From an uncultured Chloroflexia bacterium (lineage in GTDB: Bacteria; Chloroflexota; Anaerolineae; CG2-30-64-16): DNA of 64,000 bases. Position 1 is the first letter of the stretch. Each line of letters opens with the position of its first letter. Below are positions 42,691-52,040 of the stretch, one piece after another. Position numbers and translations under genes: made by a program. The DNA is taken from positions 416,001 through 480,000 of the forward strand of contig CAWEMM010000006.1 of the NCBI GenBank assembly GCA_963810095.1, given 5' to 3'. The notes beneath the pieces are model-generated. The model did not search any database. It saw only the letters and a list, made by a program, of their open reading frames with translations, and was not told the origin of the DNA.

Positions 42691-43074
42691 ATGGAGACGA
42701 CAACACTGCCCGACCAGCCCGATGGGAAATCACCCGCAGGGGCTGACATCCGCTTCCTGGTGGCTGGCGCAACCGGCAACATGATCCACAGCACCGTCCC
42801 GCCGCGCCAGGTAAACCGGGCGACGGTCCACGCGACGGTAAGCGAGTTCTGGTATGTCTTGGAGGGACGCGGCGAAATCTGGCGCGACAACGGTGTGGCG
42901 AGTTGCGTCACGGCGCTTGTTCCGGGCACCGCCATCGATATTCCTGTCGGGACCGCGTTTCAGTACCGCAACCTCGCGGACACCGAGCTTAAGTTCATTT
43001 GTGTCGCCATGCCGCCGTGGCCCGGCGCTGCCGAAGCGAGCTGTGTGGAAGGTATCTGGCGACCAACCGTATGA
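42691..43074 (+). CDS. Cupin-domain protein
   Basis: HATVSEFWYVLEGRGEIWR, IPVGTAFQYRN, MPPWPG. Confidence 0.85.
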   Translation: METTTLPDQPDGKSPAGADIRFLVAGATGNMIHSTVPPRQVNRATVHATVSEFWYVLEGRGEIWRDNGVASCVTALVPGTAIDIPVGTAFQYRNLADTELKFICVAMPPWPGAAEASCVEGIWRPTV

Positions 43075-43189
43075 CCTTCGCGCGCCTACACCGGCGGCTG
43101 AACTTACCAGTGCCTCCGGGTCAACACATGCCCAGTCAATTCAAGAGTCAGTAGTTACGTCGCCTCCACACCCGGTCAACGAGGTGCTT

Positions 43190-43578
43190 ATGCAGATCAA
43201 GTTTGTCAGCATCACTGTAGAAGATCAAGAGCACGCTCTTGACTTCTACACCTCCGTCCTCGCTTCCAGAAGATGGCGGACATACCCACGGGCCAGTTCC
43301 GCTGGCTGACCGTGACCTCGGCCGATGGTATCGCGGGCACGGAACTCGTGCTGGAGCCAGCCGCCTTTCCGCCTGCCCAGGTATACCAGAAGGCTTTGTT
43401 TGAAGCGGGCATCCCAGCGACTGCCTTCATCACGCAAGACATTGCCGCCGAGGTCCAGCGCCTCCAAGCGCGGGGGGTCAAGTTCCGCGGCGAGGCGACA
43501 CATAGGGGACCGATCACGGCGGCGCTATTTGAAGACACTTGCGGAAATCTCATCAATCTCGTTCAGCCGGACGCCTGA
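43190..43578 (+). CDS. VOC/glyoxalase-family protein (indel near 43262)
   Basis: SITVEDQEHALDFYT..., RWLTVTS, ELVLEP, FEDTCGNLINL. Confidence 0.85.
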
Positions 43579-43621
43579 CCCGCTGTTGGGGGCGGCGTGC
43601 CCCGAAGCTGCACATTAGGGC
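43573..43621 (+). repeat. Degenerate, shortened attC-like hairpin
   Basis: GCCTGAC (overlaps stop codon)...ttgggggc/gccccgaa...ATTAGGGC. Confidence 0.35.
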
Positions 43622-44318
43622 GACCAAATGCTACGCGCCGGTGCGCTTGCCGCAGTGTTGCCCAACCCCCGGCCATCCCTGCGCCTGGCGCTTGCTCTAA
43701 AGGCCCACTTGCGCAAGGCTCCCACCGTAGTAGTACCCAAGGCGCGTCCGGTGCAACCTATGGCAAAAGGCGGGTGGACGACCAGGAAACCCAGCGACGG
43801 CCGCCGCCGGGCAAAGACGGTGATTTCCCGGCATGATCGCGGCTGCCGCCGAGCCAGGGACATGGCAGGCCAGAGACGGCGCGGGGTGGACGGTCCCGGC
43901 GAGGATCGACCGTACGGTCGGGCCGGGCAACATGGATGCGGGCAGGGTTCCCCACGGCCCGACGCTGCCATGACGCCAACCTGCCGACCATAGGCCAACC
44001 TCAGCTACAGTTATCGTGTCTTATATGCAGGAGACATGCCGCGTGCCGGGCGTGTAAATGACACTGGACTCTATGGAAGAGGTCGGCTGGGTCAGCGAAG
44101 CTGGAGTAGGTTAGCACAAACGAAAAGGCCGACGTAGCTGAACGTCGGCAATCAGGTTGGCCCGCGCAGTTGGGCGTGCGGCCGGACGTGTCACGCGCCG
44201 CGGCCCCGCAGGCTCAACTTCGGTACTTCGCTCTGTGGGGGTCAAGCGGTGCAGCACATGCTCACCCATCCAGTCGGACGGGGTCGTCAAGGCAAACGGG
44301 CAACCGTGCTGCCGCGCG

Positions 44319-44600
44319 TCAGACGGCAACCTGATCCGGGGCATAGATGACGACGAACGTGTCCCGTCGGTCAGCAAACCGCACCTCGACAGCCCACGAG
44401 CCGGGTTGCTGATCGGGATGCACGCTGGCAAGTGTCGACTCGGGGAAGGCGGCCAGCAGCCGGGTTAGGCGCGGGTAGAATTCCTGTGGCAACTCCCCCA
44501 GGTTGCTGCCGACCGGTACGTCGTCAGCTGGTCGTGGTGAGGGCAATTCGGCGTGGGGTTGTGCTTCATAATCCGGCGTTATCATCTCGTGTAACCTCAT
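44319..44600 (-). CDS. Hypothetical protein
   Basis: Plausible ORF with protein-like composition; no motif recognised. Confidence 0.4.
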   Translation of the reverse strand: MRLHEMITPDYEAQPHAELPSPRPADDVPVGSNLGELPQEFYPRLTRLLAAFPESTLASVHPDQQPGSWAVEVRFADRRDTFVVIYAPDQVAV

Positions 44601-44644
44601 TCTATCCGTCGCAAGCCAAGGCTTGCGCGAGTGGCTCCAGGCTG

Positions 44645-44971
44645 TCAAATAGCCCCTACCGGCCAAGGTTCGCACGCGGCGAACATGACCAGTGCGCGCC
44701 GCCTTGCCTCAGTCTGGAGGATATCGCGCGCAAGGTGGTAGTTGAAACATGCCGACCCAGGGTGCTCCCCCGCCCGCGCCGCAATCGGGCAATCGGCCGG
44801 GCAACTGGGCAAAGCCTCACGCAGCGTCTGGTAGTTTGTGTACTCATCCAAGACCCGCGCCATGACGTGCCGGTATTCGCCCGCCCGGTGAAAATCCTCC
44901 GGTATCCGTTCCACTTGTAGAAGCAAACACAGCCGGATCGCCGTTTCCGTCACTTCGCACACGGTCATCAT
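44645..44971 (-). CDS. Hypothetical protein (Cys/His containing)
   Basis: RBS gggag before ATG; CPADCP...H..SAC motif. Confidence 0.45.
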   Translation of the reverse strand: MMTVCEVTETAIRLCLLLQVERIPEDFHRAGEYRHVMARVLDEYTNYQTLREALPSCPADCPIAARAGEHPGSACFNYHLARDILQTEARRRALVMFAACEPWPVGAI

Positions 44972-45039
44972 AGCGTCGCTCCCGAGAGGGGGAACATCTA
45001 CCCCCACCATCCAATCGTACGCCCGGCTGTCAAGCGACA

Positions 45040-45296
45040 TTGCGTGAGGCATTGCCCGCAGAACGGTCGACGGCCCGCACCGCGTGGTGCACCCCCCCGA
45101 CAGCAGGTGAGCCGGAACACCGCACACGACCTGCTGCCAAACATTCCGCGCAACTTGCAGCACCCCCGGCCTCAAAATAGTCGTACAATTGGAGCGTGCA
45201 GCAGAGCACGGACAACGGTCGCCGGGCACGACCACGCTGTATGACCGCATCAGCAACGCCATGAGCCTGGATGAGATCGAGCGCATGCTTATTCAG
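45040..45296 (+). pseudogene. Decayed 3' end of a tyrosine recombinase (relic 3)
   Basis: AGTPHTTCCQTFRAT (45129-45155 = TCCQTFRAT) then SPGTTTLYDRISNAMSLDEIERMLI. Confidence 0.8.
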
Positions 45297-45341
45297 GCAG
45301 CAGAATCGCGATGCCAAAGAACCGCCGGTGGGAGGTCAAGT

Positions 45342-45666
45342 ATGACTGAATCGATGCCACGCATTAGCAACGCTTTCCAAACCTTAATGAGCGATGCGCC
45401 GCACCACGCCCGGGCGTGTTGCGGCATGGTACAAGGGCCTCGCCCAAGCCAGCGCCCTGGATGGGAAAACCGCCGCTTTATGCTACCTGGCGGTGTTGGC
45501 GGCCCTGCGGCTGGAGAGCGGCATCCCCTTTCACGTTCAGGCCGCCAAGCGGGCAGGCGCAACCCGCGCGGAAGTCATTAGCGCCGTTCTGATCGGCTTG
45601 CCTGCGGCCGGACATGGCGTGACGCAGGTCCTGCCGACGGCGCTCGCCGCTTTCGATACGGATTGA
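45342..45666 (+). CDS. Carboxymuconolactone decarboxylase/AhpD-like protein (indel near 45410)
   Basis: ISNAFQT..., SALDGKTAALCYLAVLAA, GIPFHV, GATRAEVISAVL. Confidence 0.8.
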
Positions 45667-45854
45667 GCGCGGCAGTGCCGTGCCCAGGGCTGGGCGGGAC
45701 TCTGAACGGGCATGGGTCAACCCCGCTCAATTCGGCGCTGGAGTGGGCAGCCGAGGCCGGGACGGGGCAATGACCCGGGCAGCGCAAGACCCGGCCAAGA
45801 CGCGGGCTGACACAAGCAGCGTCAGCGTCGAGGCCGCATTATGGCGTTCAAGCC

Positions 45855-46037
45855 TCAGGACGCCCCAGGTCCGGTCTTGTCATCTTTCGGCTGCCGCTCA
45901 TGCTCTGCTCGCCGTCGGGCAGCTTCGGCAACGCGCCGCAGGTTCGCGATGGCCGCGGCGATCTCTTGGGCCACCGGACCTTGGCCTTTCTTTCGGTTGG
46001 GGCGCGAAGCATCCTCGGGTCGTTTGTCTTGCGTCAT
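45855..46037 (-). CDS. Small hypothetical protein
   Basis: 60 aa ORF with an amphipathic helix. Confidence 0.3.
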   Translation of the reverse strand: MTQDKRPEDASRPNRKKGQGPVAQEIAAAIANLRRVAEAARRRAEHERQPKDDKTGPGAS

Positions 46038-46231
46038 ATGGGCAAAACGAAGCGCAAGTAGTCGGAGTTCCTTGGGCGTGGTCCCGCCCAGGCATGATTG
46101 TCGGATGAGGTCGGACGGTGTATCATCCCGTCCGACCTGTGGGGTTCACCATCTGCCACGGTCTGGCTGTCGGTGTCGGCGCGAAGCGGGCTGTCTTGCC
46201 GGGCCGACACTCCATCATTCCGGAGGGCATT

Positions 46232-46699
46232 ATGAGCATGGCACAGTCGCGACGGCCATTTTGGGTCTATCTGCTGGTATTCTTTTGCGTGGTTCTCGGG
46301 TTGGGCGGCCTGTACGGGGGTGTGTCGTTCATCACCGATCCGACGGGCGCAGCGATGGGCATGGACGTCAGCATGTTGCGCGGCTTCATGAACACCTACC
46401 TGCCGTTTGGCGTCTTCCTGCTGATCGCGTTCGGGATCGCGCCGCTGGTGCTGGCGTGGGCGCTGATCGCGCGGCCGCGCTGGTTCCCAGCCATCACGCG
46501 GGCGACGGACCGGGATTGGGCCTGGGTCGTGACGCTGGCAATGGGCGCGGGGCTGCTCGTGTGGATGGCGGGCCAGTTCATCATCATGGGCTACCAAGCG
46601 CCGATCCAGGCCTTCACGACCTCTCTGGGCGCGGTCATCACTCTGTTGAGCCTGGTTCCTTCGGTACGGCAATACTACCGCGTCAGCGCGCGAGCTTGA
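46232..46699 (+). CDS. 4-TM membrane protein
   Basis: GGVSFITDPTGAAMG, YLPFGVFLL, WMAGQ; RBS ggagg. Confidence 0.75.
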   Translation: MSMAQSRRPFWVYLLVFFCVVLGLGGLYGGVSFITDPTGAAMGMDVSMLRGFMNTYLPFGVFLLIAFGIAPLVLAWALIARPRWFPAITRATDRDWAWVVTLAMGAGLLVWMAGQFIIMGYQAPIQAFTTSLGAVITLLSLVPSVRQYYRVSARA

Positions 46700-46869
46700 C
46701 GCGCCACGGTGTCCATCGTGGCCCAACGTGTAGGGCCACCTAAGCCATGGAGTCTCACACGCGTGGCCGCTGCCGAGGGTGTGCGTGCATCACCATGGCG
46801 TGCACTGTGCGATAATGAGTAGTTAGCTGGACTCACACTCACCATGACTACCAGGAAAGGAGAAGTCGC

Positions 46870-47502
46870 ATGACCTTGATCGCAATCAACGTACTGCTTG
46901 ATCCAGATGCCGCCACGGTCGAGCGGGCACAGGCGACGAACGCCCGGCTACGCGAGGACTATCCCGATGGTTTCGCCCTCGACGCCAACCACGCGCCGCA
47001 CATCACCCTGCTCCAGCGGTTTGTGCGGACGGCGGACCTTGACTGGGTCGCGCATGCTGTGGCCGAAGTGCTGCGCACAGAGCAGTCGATGAACTGGGAG
47101 AGCCATGCGACCGGCTACTATGACCTGGCCTACAAGAATCTCGGATTGGTGGGCATCGTCATCGAACCGACCGAGGATTTGCGGCGACTTCAGCAGAGGA
47201 TCATCGACGCCGTCGCCCCGTTCGCCGTGGAGAAGGGGACAGCCGAGGCCTTTGCCCCCCGCCCCGACGGCGCAGCGATCAGTCAGCCGACAGTGGACTA
47301 CGTGAACAACTTCGTCGGCACCCGCACCGGCGTGAACTACCACCCGCATTTGACCGTCGGCATAGGAACCCGCGGCTTCGTGGACGCTCTGAAAGCGGAG
47401 CCATTCCAGGCCTTTACCGTCCGGGCAGTATCCGTGAGCCTCTACCAGGTAGGGGATTACGGTGTGGCACAAAGGAAGCTCTATGACCTCCACCGTTGCT
47501 GA
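46870..47502 (+). CDS. 2H phosphoesterase / 2'-5' RNA ligase-like protein
   Basis: Two HxT motifs: PHITL and PHLTV. Confidence 0.8.
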   Translation: MTLIAINVLLDPDAATVERAQATNARLREDYPDGFALDANHAPHITLLQRFVRTADLDWVAHAVAEVLRTEQSMNWESHATGYYDLAYKNLGLVGIVIEPTEDLRRLQQRIIDAVAPFAVEKGTAEAFAPRPDGAAISQPTVDYVNNFVGTRTGVNYHPHLTVGIGTRGFVDALKAEPFQAFTVRAVSVSLYQVGDYGVAQRKLYDLHRC

Positions 47503-48424
47503 TCCACTACCCTCCTGGAATGATAGCCCCTCAAAGCAGGGCATCCTTGCGTTTGTCGCCAGGGTGACACAGGAAGGTTCACCCGACTTCGTGCCACTGG
47601 CAGAACGCATCGCCGTGCACGACAACGACGGCACGCTCTGGCCGGAAAATCCGCTGCCGTTTCAGGCGGCCTTTGCCATCGATGAACTTAACCGGCGCGT
47701 CCTCGCTGAGCCTGGACTCGCGGCCGATCCGATGGTGCAGGCCGCCCTGTCCGGCGACTTTGCCAAGCTCCTGGCAGGCCAACACCTGGATGGCCTCATG
47801 CAGGTCGCGGCGCTCACCCATGCTGGGATGACGACCGACGCGTTTCGTAACGCTGTGGAGACATGGCTGGCGACGGCCAAACATCCGCGGTTTGGCAGAC
47901 CCTATGACGAACTCACCTACCAACCCATGCAGGAACTCCTGCGCTATCTACGCGCCAATGGCTTCAAGAACTTCATCGTTTCCGGCGGCGGCGCGGACTT
48001 CATGCGCGTGTGGGTCGAGCGCGTGTACGGCATACCACCGGAGCAGGTTGTCGGCTCGACAACGCGGCCGACATTCGAGCTACGCAACAGCGGACCAGTG
48101 CTGACCAAGACGCTCGACTATTTATTCGTCAACGACAAGGAGGGCAAGCCGGTCGCCATTCATCAGTTTATCGGCCGACGACCGGTGATCTGTTGCGGGA
48201 ACAGCGACGGCGACCACGCCATGCTCCAGTACACGACGATCAACAACCCGCGCCCGAGTTTCGGCCTCATCGTCCACCATACGGACAACGAACGCGAGTA
48301 TGCCTATGACGCCGAGACGAAGAGCACCGGCAAGCTTGTCGAAGCCCTTAAGGAGGCCCCCAAGCGCGGCTGGGTCGTCGTGGACATGCAGCAGGACTGG
48401 AAGACCGTCTTTCAGTCCGATTAG
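47483..48424 (+). CDS. HAD-family acid phosphatase
   Basis: DPLPSWND, HDNDGTLWPE, IVSGGG, GNSDGD. Confidence 0.9.
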   Translation: MTSTVADPLPSWNDSPSKQGILAFVARVTQEGSPDFVPLAERIAVHDNDGTLWPENPLPFQAAFAIDELNRRVLAEPGLAADPMVQAALSGDFAKLLAGQHLDGLMQVAALTHAGMTTDAFRNAVETWLATAKHPRFGRPYDELTYQPMQELLRYLRANGFKNFIVSGGGADFMRVWVERVYGIPPEQVVGSTTRPTFELRNSGPVLTKTLDYLFVNDKEGKPVAIHQFIGRRPVICCGNSDGDHAMLQYTTINNPRPSFGLIVHHTDNEREYAYDAETKSTGKLVEALKEAPKRGWVVVDMQQDWKTVFQSD

Positions 48425-48461
48425 AGGTAACTCGTGGCAGGTCGACTTCGGTTCTGCCAGC

Positions 48462-48553
48462 CTACAACGGCCATAGACATCGACCGCCGAAGTGTTGCGC
48501 TGGTCGCCTGATGAAGCCTGCGCCGCAGCGCGCGGTTCAATACGCACTTAGGG
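48462..48553 (+). repeat. Degenerate attC-like site
   Basis: CTACAAC-ggcca-tagacatcgaccgc...gcgcggttcaa-tacgcaCTTAGGG. Confidence 0.35.
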
Positions 48554-48689
48554 ACGTCGAGCGTTTGTCGCCCGCGAAGGATCGGCGCGCGCTTCTTGGC
48601 TGAAGCTGAGCGACGGACACGGTCGGAAGGGGCCGCGAGTGAATGTATCCGTCTGTAGAACAACTCGGCCCCTTGCGCAGGAGTCGGCC

Positions 48690-49220
48690 ATGCCCGCACC
48701 CGTTCTTGTCCTGCCCGGCCTCGGCAACTCGGGGCCGCTGCACTGGCAATCCATCTGGGAACAGGCACATCCCGAATTTGTACGCGTCCAACAGCGCGAT
48801 TGGGATAACCCGGTTTGCCCAGAGTGGGTTGCCGCCATCGAGGCAGCCGTGCAGCGTGCCGGGCCGGATGTTGTGCTGGTCGCACACAGCCTCGCCTGTT
48901 TGGCCGTCGCCCATTGGTCGGCCAGCCCGCATTCACCCATTAAGGCCGCGCTGCTGGTTGCAGTACCCGACCCCGACTGCCCCGAGTATCCCGGGCACCT
49001 GCTTGGTTTCTCCAAGCCCCCCACCGAGCAGTTCACCTTTCCCGCCGTCGCCGTCGTCAGCGCCGATGATCCATATAGCACACCGGAACACGCCGAGCAG
49101 CTTGCGGCCGCTTGGGGCTGTCGTGTCGTTCGTGTCGGTGCTTACGGCCACATCAACGCCAGCAGCGGCCTTGGCGCTTGGGCCGAGGGTTATGCGTTGC
49201 TGGACCATTTGCGGAGCTAA
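48690..49220 (+). CDS. RBBP9/YdeN-family alpha/beta hydrolase
   Basis: PGLGNSGPLHWQ, VAHSLAC, SADDPY, GHINASSGLGAW. Confidence 0.92.
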   Translation: MPAPVLVLPGLGNSGPLHWQSIWEQAHPEFVRVQQRDWDNPVCPEWVAAIEAAVQRAGPDVVLVAHSLACLAVAHWSASPHSPIKAALLVAVPDPDCPEYPGHLLGFSKPPTEQFTFPAVAVVSADDPYSTPEHAEQLAAAWGCRVVRVGAYGHINASSGLGAWAEGYALLDHLRS

Positions 49221-49311
49221 CCCTTCGTTCGGGGCGGAGGTGCCCGCGGTTGCGGTTCTCGGTTGGGAGAGGGCATCGCCGCCGAGCAGTCCCCTGACTC
49301 CAACGTGAGAC
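49215..49311 (+). repeat. Degenerate attC-like site
   Basis: GCTAAC (contains the stop codon)-ccttcg-ttcggggcgga...tcccctga-ctccaac-GTGAGAC; ~97 bp. Confidence 0.5.
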
Positions 49312-49465
49312 AGTCAAGTCGCCCGGACCTGCGCGCTCCCAGAAGCTTGTGGCACCTGAGGTTGATTCCCAAGTCTGCCCGCCGCTATCGCCTGCCTGCC
49401 GGGCTAGGTTAGTGGTAGCCCCAACTGATCGAGCGGCGCGGTTTTCGACACTGCGGGCTGTGGGG

Positions 49466-50267
49466 TCACGCCGCGCCGCGTTTTAGTGTCGTGGTGCTGT
49501 CAGGGTGGCTCGACAGGCCCGCTCTGACATACGCCAGGCCCTCCAACCAATCCGCCGTCTCGTACACGCACTCACCGTCGGGCCGAAAAAGGTAGCCGCC
49601 GCCCGGGAAATCTTCATCTACGGTGCGCCCGGCCTGCGTCGCCACCGCAATCCACAGCCGGTAGTCGCGCGCGTAGGCTGCCAGGTACTGGTGGCACTCG
49701 CCGCGCCACCACGCGTAACCTGACCGCCAGTCGCGGGTGGCTTGCTCCCCATACAGACCCGGCGCAGCCACCTCAAACACCACCTGGGCACCCTGGCGGG
49801 CGCAGGCGGCGAAAACATCGGGGTTGTGGATGTCGGCGCAGATGGCGATGCCGTAGGTGAGATCGTCGTGGCGAAAAACAGGCACTGCGTTGCCCGGCGC
49901 AAACCAGGCCGCTTCCTCATCCACAATGGACACTTTGCGGTAGTAGCCGACCAAGCGGCCACCACGCGCCGCTACATGGGTGATAAATGGTTTGCCGGAT
50001 GGGTTCGCCTCTACCAATCCGGCGAGCAGGGTCGCCCGACCGTTGGCCGTCAGGGCGACAAGCGCCGCGACTTCGGGGCCATCAAGCCGCAGGATGGCCC
50101 CTGGCTGGCGCGTGGGGTCGATGTAGCCGGTCAGGCTCATTTCGGGGCACGCCACGATGCATGCGCCCTCCTGGTCGGACTGCTGGTACACGCGCTCGAT
50201 GGCGGCCAGGTTCTCGGCCACGGCCGCCTTCTCAGCAGCGCAGTTGGGCCAACGCCAGTGTTACCAT
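49466..50267 (-). CDS. Carbon-nitrogen hydrolase (nitrilase family); indel near the 5' end
   Basis: PEMSLTGY, YRK, AICAD catalytic triad motifs. Confidence 0.88.
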
Positions 50268-50408
50268 GCAGGGCAGTATAGCTAGCGGTGAGAAGAGGGT
50301 CAACCAGAGCGCGTCCGGGCAGAAATCGTAATGTTGCTCACGCGGATTTCACAAATGCAGCACTAAAGTAGTGAAATCGCCGTACTACCCATGACTAAGG
50401 AGAGCCAT

Positions 50409-50705
50409 ATGGAAGGTCCGATCTACAAATTCTTCCGTGTGCAGTGGACCGAGGCGGGGTATCAGTTGGGCCAGGCGGGACGCGACAACCTGCTAGCCAA
50501 AGAGGCGGAGCTTCGGCAGCAACTCGGCATCAAGAATGTGGTGCTCTGCAACTCGTTCTGGAGTGACGAACGCTGGGCCGCGTATGGGGTTCACGAATAC
50601 GCCGATATTGAGGCCGTGCGTAAGCACAACGCCGGGATGGTAGCGCTGGACTTGTTCCGCTACCTTGAATCCGAAACGATGTTGGGCACGGCCTGGGGGA
50701 GCTAG
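50409..50705 (+). CDS. Small hypothetical protein (ferredoxin-like/GYD-like fold?)
   Basis: RBS aaggag; WSDERW..YGVHEY...YLESETMLG. Confidence 0.6.
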   Translation: MEGPIYKFFRVQWTEAGYQLGQAGRDNLLAKEAELRQQLGIKNVVLCNSFWSDERWAAYGVHEYADIEAVRKHNAGMVALDLFRYLESETMLGTAWGS

Positions 50706-51101
50706 CCAGAGCCACCGGCCAGCCGCCTGCGTCGCGCACAACTCCTGTGAGTTCGCGCATTCGGAGTTACGAGCGTGGGTTGTCGCGTGTTTGGGAAACC
50801 AGGCGGCCTCGACGGCGGGCCGGTACGACGCACGCGTGGGGTGTGGGCCGCGCGCGGCCGGGAGCCGCGCGGCAATTCATATGACTTCGAAAGACGCGCG
50901 TCTTCCCCTTTGTAGATCGTCGGCGCGTTGCACGGCGCAGTCTGCCGAACGTCTTGACGCGTCCTGGCATGGCGCGACAATCGGTTCGTGCTGCGCGCTG
51001 TGATGTTCATTCCGCCTCAGTTCCCACAGAACAAGAGCCGGAGCAGTCACACAGCGCAGCGATCTGGGTCTGACAGCGGGCGAAGGGAGCCGCCGGAGGC
51101 C

Positions 51102-52040
51102 ATGCCGACCCCACGCCAGGATACCTCGCCAGACACCGCCCTGCGAACGCATGGCCTGTGCAAGGACTACGGCCCGATCCAGGCGGTCGTCGGCCTGGAC
51201 CTCCATGTGCGCCGCGGCGAAATCTACGCCTTCCTCGGCCCCAACGGCGCGGGCAAGACCACCACGATCCGCATGCTCCTGGGTCTGGTCCGACCGACCG
51301 CAGGTCAGGCCACCCTCTTGGGCGCACGCGTTGCGGCGGGCAGCAACCACGTCTTCGCCCGCGTGGGTTACCTGGTGGAAACGGCCACGGCCTATCCCAA
51401 TCTTACCGTGCGCGAGAACCTGGACATCCAGCGGCGACTCACGCGGGCACCCCGGGCGGCGGTCGGTGATGCCATGGAGCTTCTTGGCCTTGCCGGTTCA
51501 GCCAATCGGCAGGCGGGCCAGCTATCGCTCGGCAATAAACAGCGGCTGGCGCTGGCGCGCGCCCTGCTCCACCGCCCCGAGCTACTCATCCTCGATGAAC
51601 CGGCCAATGGGCTTGATCCGGCCGGGATCATCGAGGTGCGCGAGCTGCTGCGGCGCTTGGCGAACGAGAACGGCGTGACCGTCTTCCTGTCAAGCCACAT
51701 CCTGGCGGAGGTCGCGCAACTGGCCGACCGCATCGGCATTATCCACCAGGGCCGCCTGCTTCAGGAACTCGACTACGCCGAACTCCGCCGCCGAACGCGC
51801 CTGTACCTGGAAGTCGAAGTGAGCGAGCCAGACCGCGCGGCCGGGCTGTTAGCCGCGCGCCTCGGCATCACGGCGTTGGAGCGCACGCCCGAGGGTGGGC
51901 TGCGCCTCTTTGAAGGCTTCGACCGGCGCGCCGAGATCGCGCGCACCCTGGTCGAAGCTGGACTCGACCTGACGCACCTGGCCCTGGCGCAGGAGGACCT
52001 GGAGTCCTACTTCATGCGGCTGACGGGGGGTGCCGGGTAA
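51102..52040 (+). CDS. ABC ATP-binding protein (BcrA/lantibiotic-immunity type)
   Basis: GPNGAGKTT, LSLGNKQRL, LDEPANGLDP, SSH. Confidence 0.9.
   Translation: MPTPRQDTSPDTALRTHGLCKDYGPIQAVVGLDLHVRRGEIYAFLGPNGAGKTTTIRMLLGLVRPTAGQATLLGARVAAGSNHVFARVGYLVETATAYPNLTVRENLDIQRRLTRAPRAAVGDAMELLGLAGSANRQAGQLSLGNKQRLALARALLHRPELLILDEPANGLDPAGIIEVRELLRRLANENGVTVFLSSHILAEVAQLADRIGIIHQGRLLQELDYAELRRRTRLYLEVEVSEPDRAAGLLAARLGITALERTPEGGLRLFEGFDRRAEIARTLVEAGLDLTHLALAQEDLESYFMRLTGGAG

Noticed and set aside
39498-45247. The three-copy repeat as a CRISPR array, riboswitch or ncRNA
   Set aside because: Copies are kilobases apart and diverged, and they translate to a recombinase C-terminus; no conserved stem was seen.
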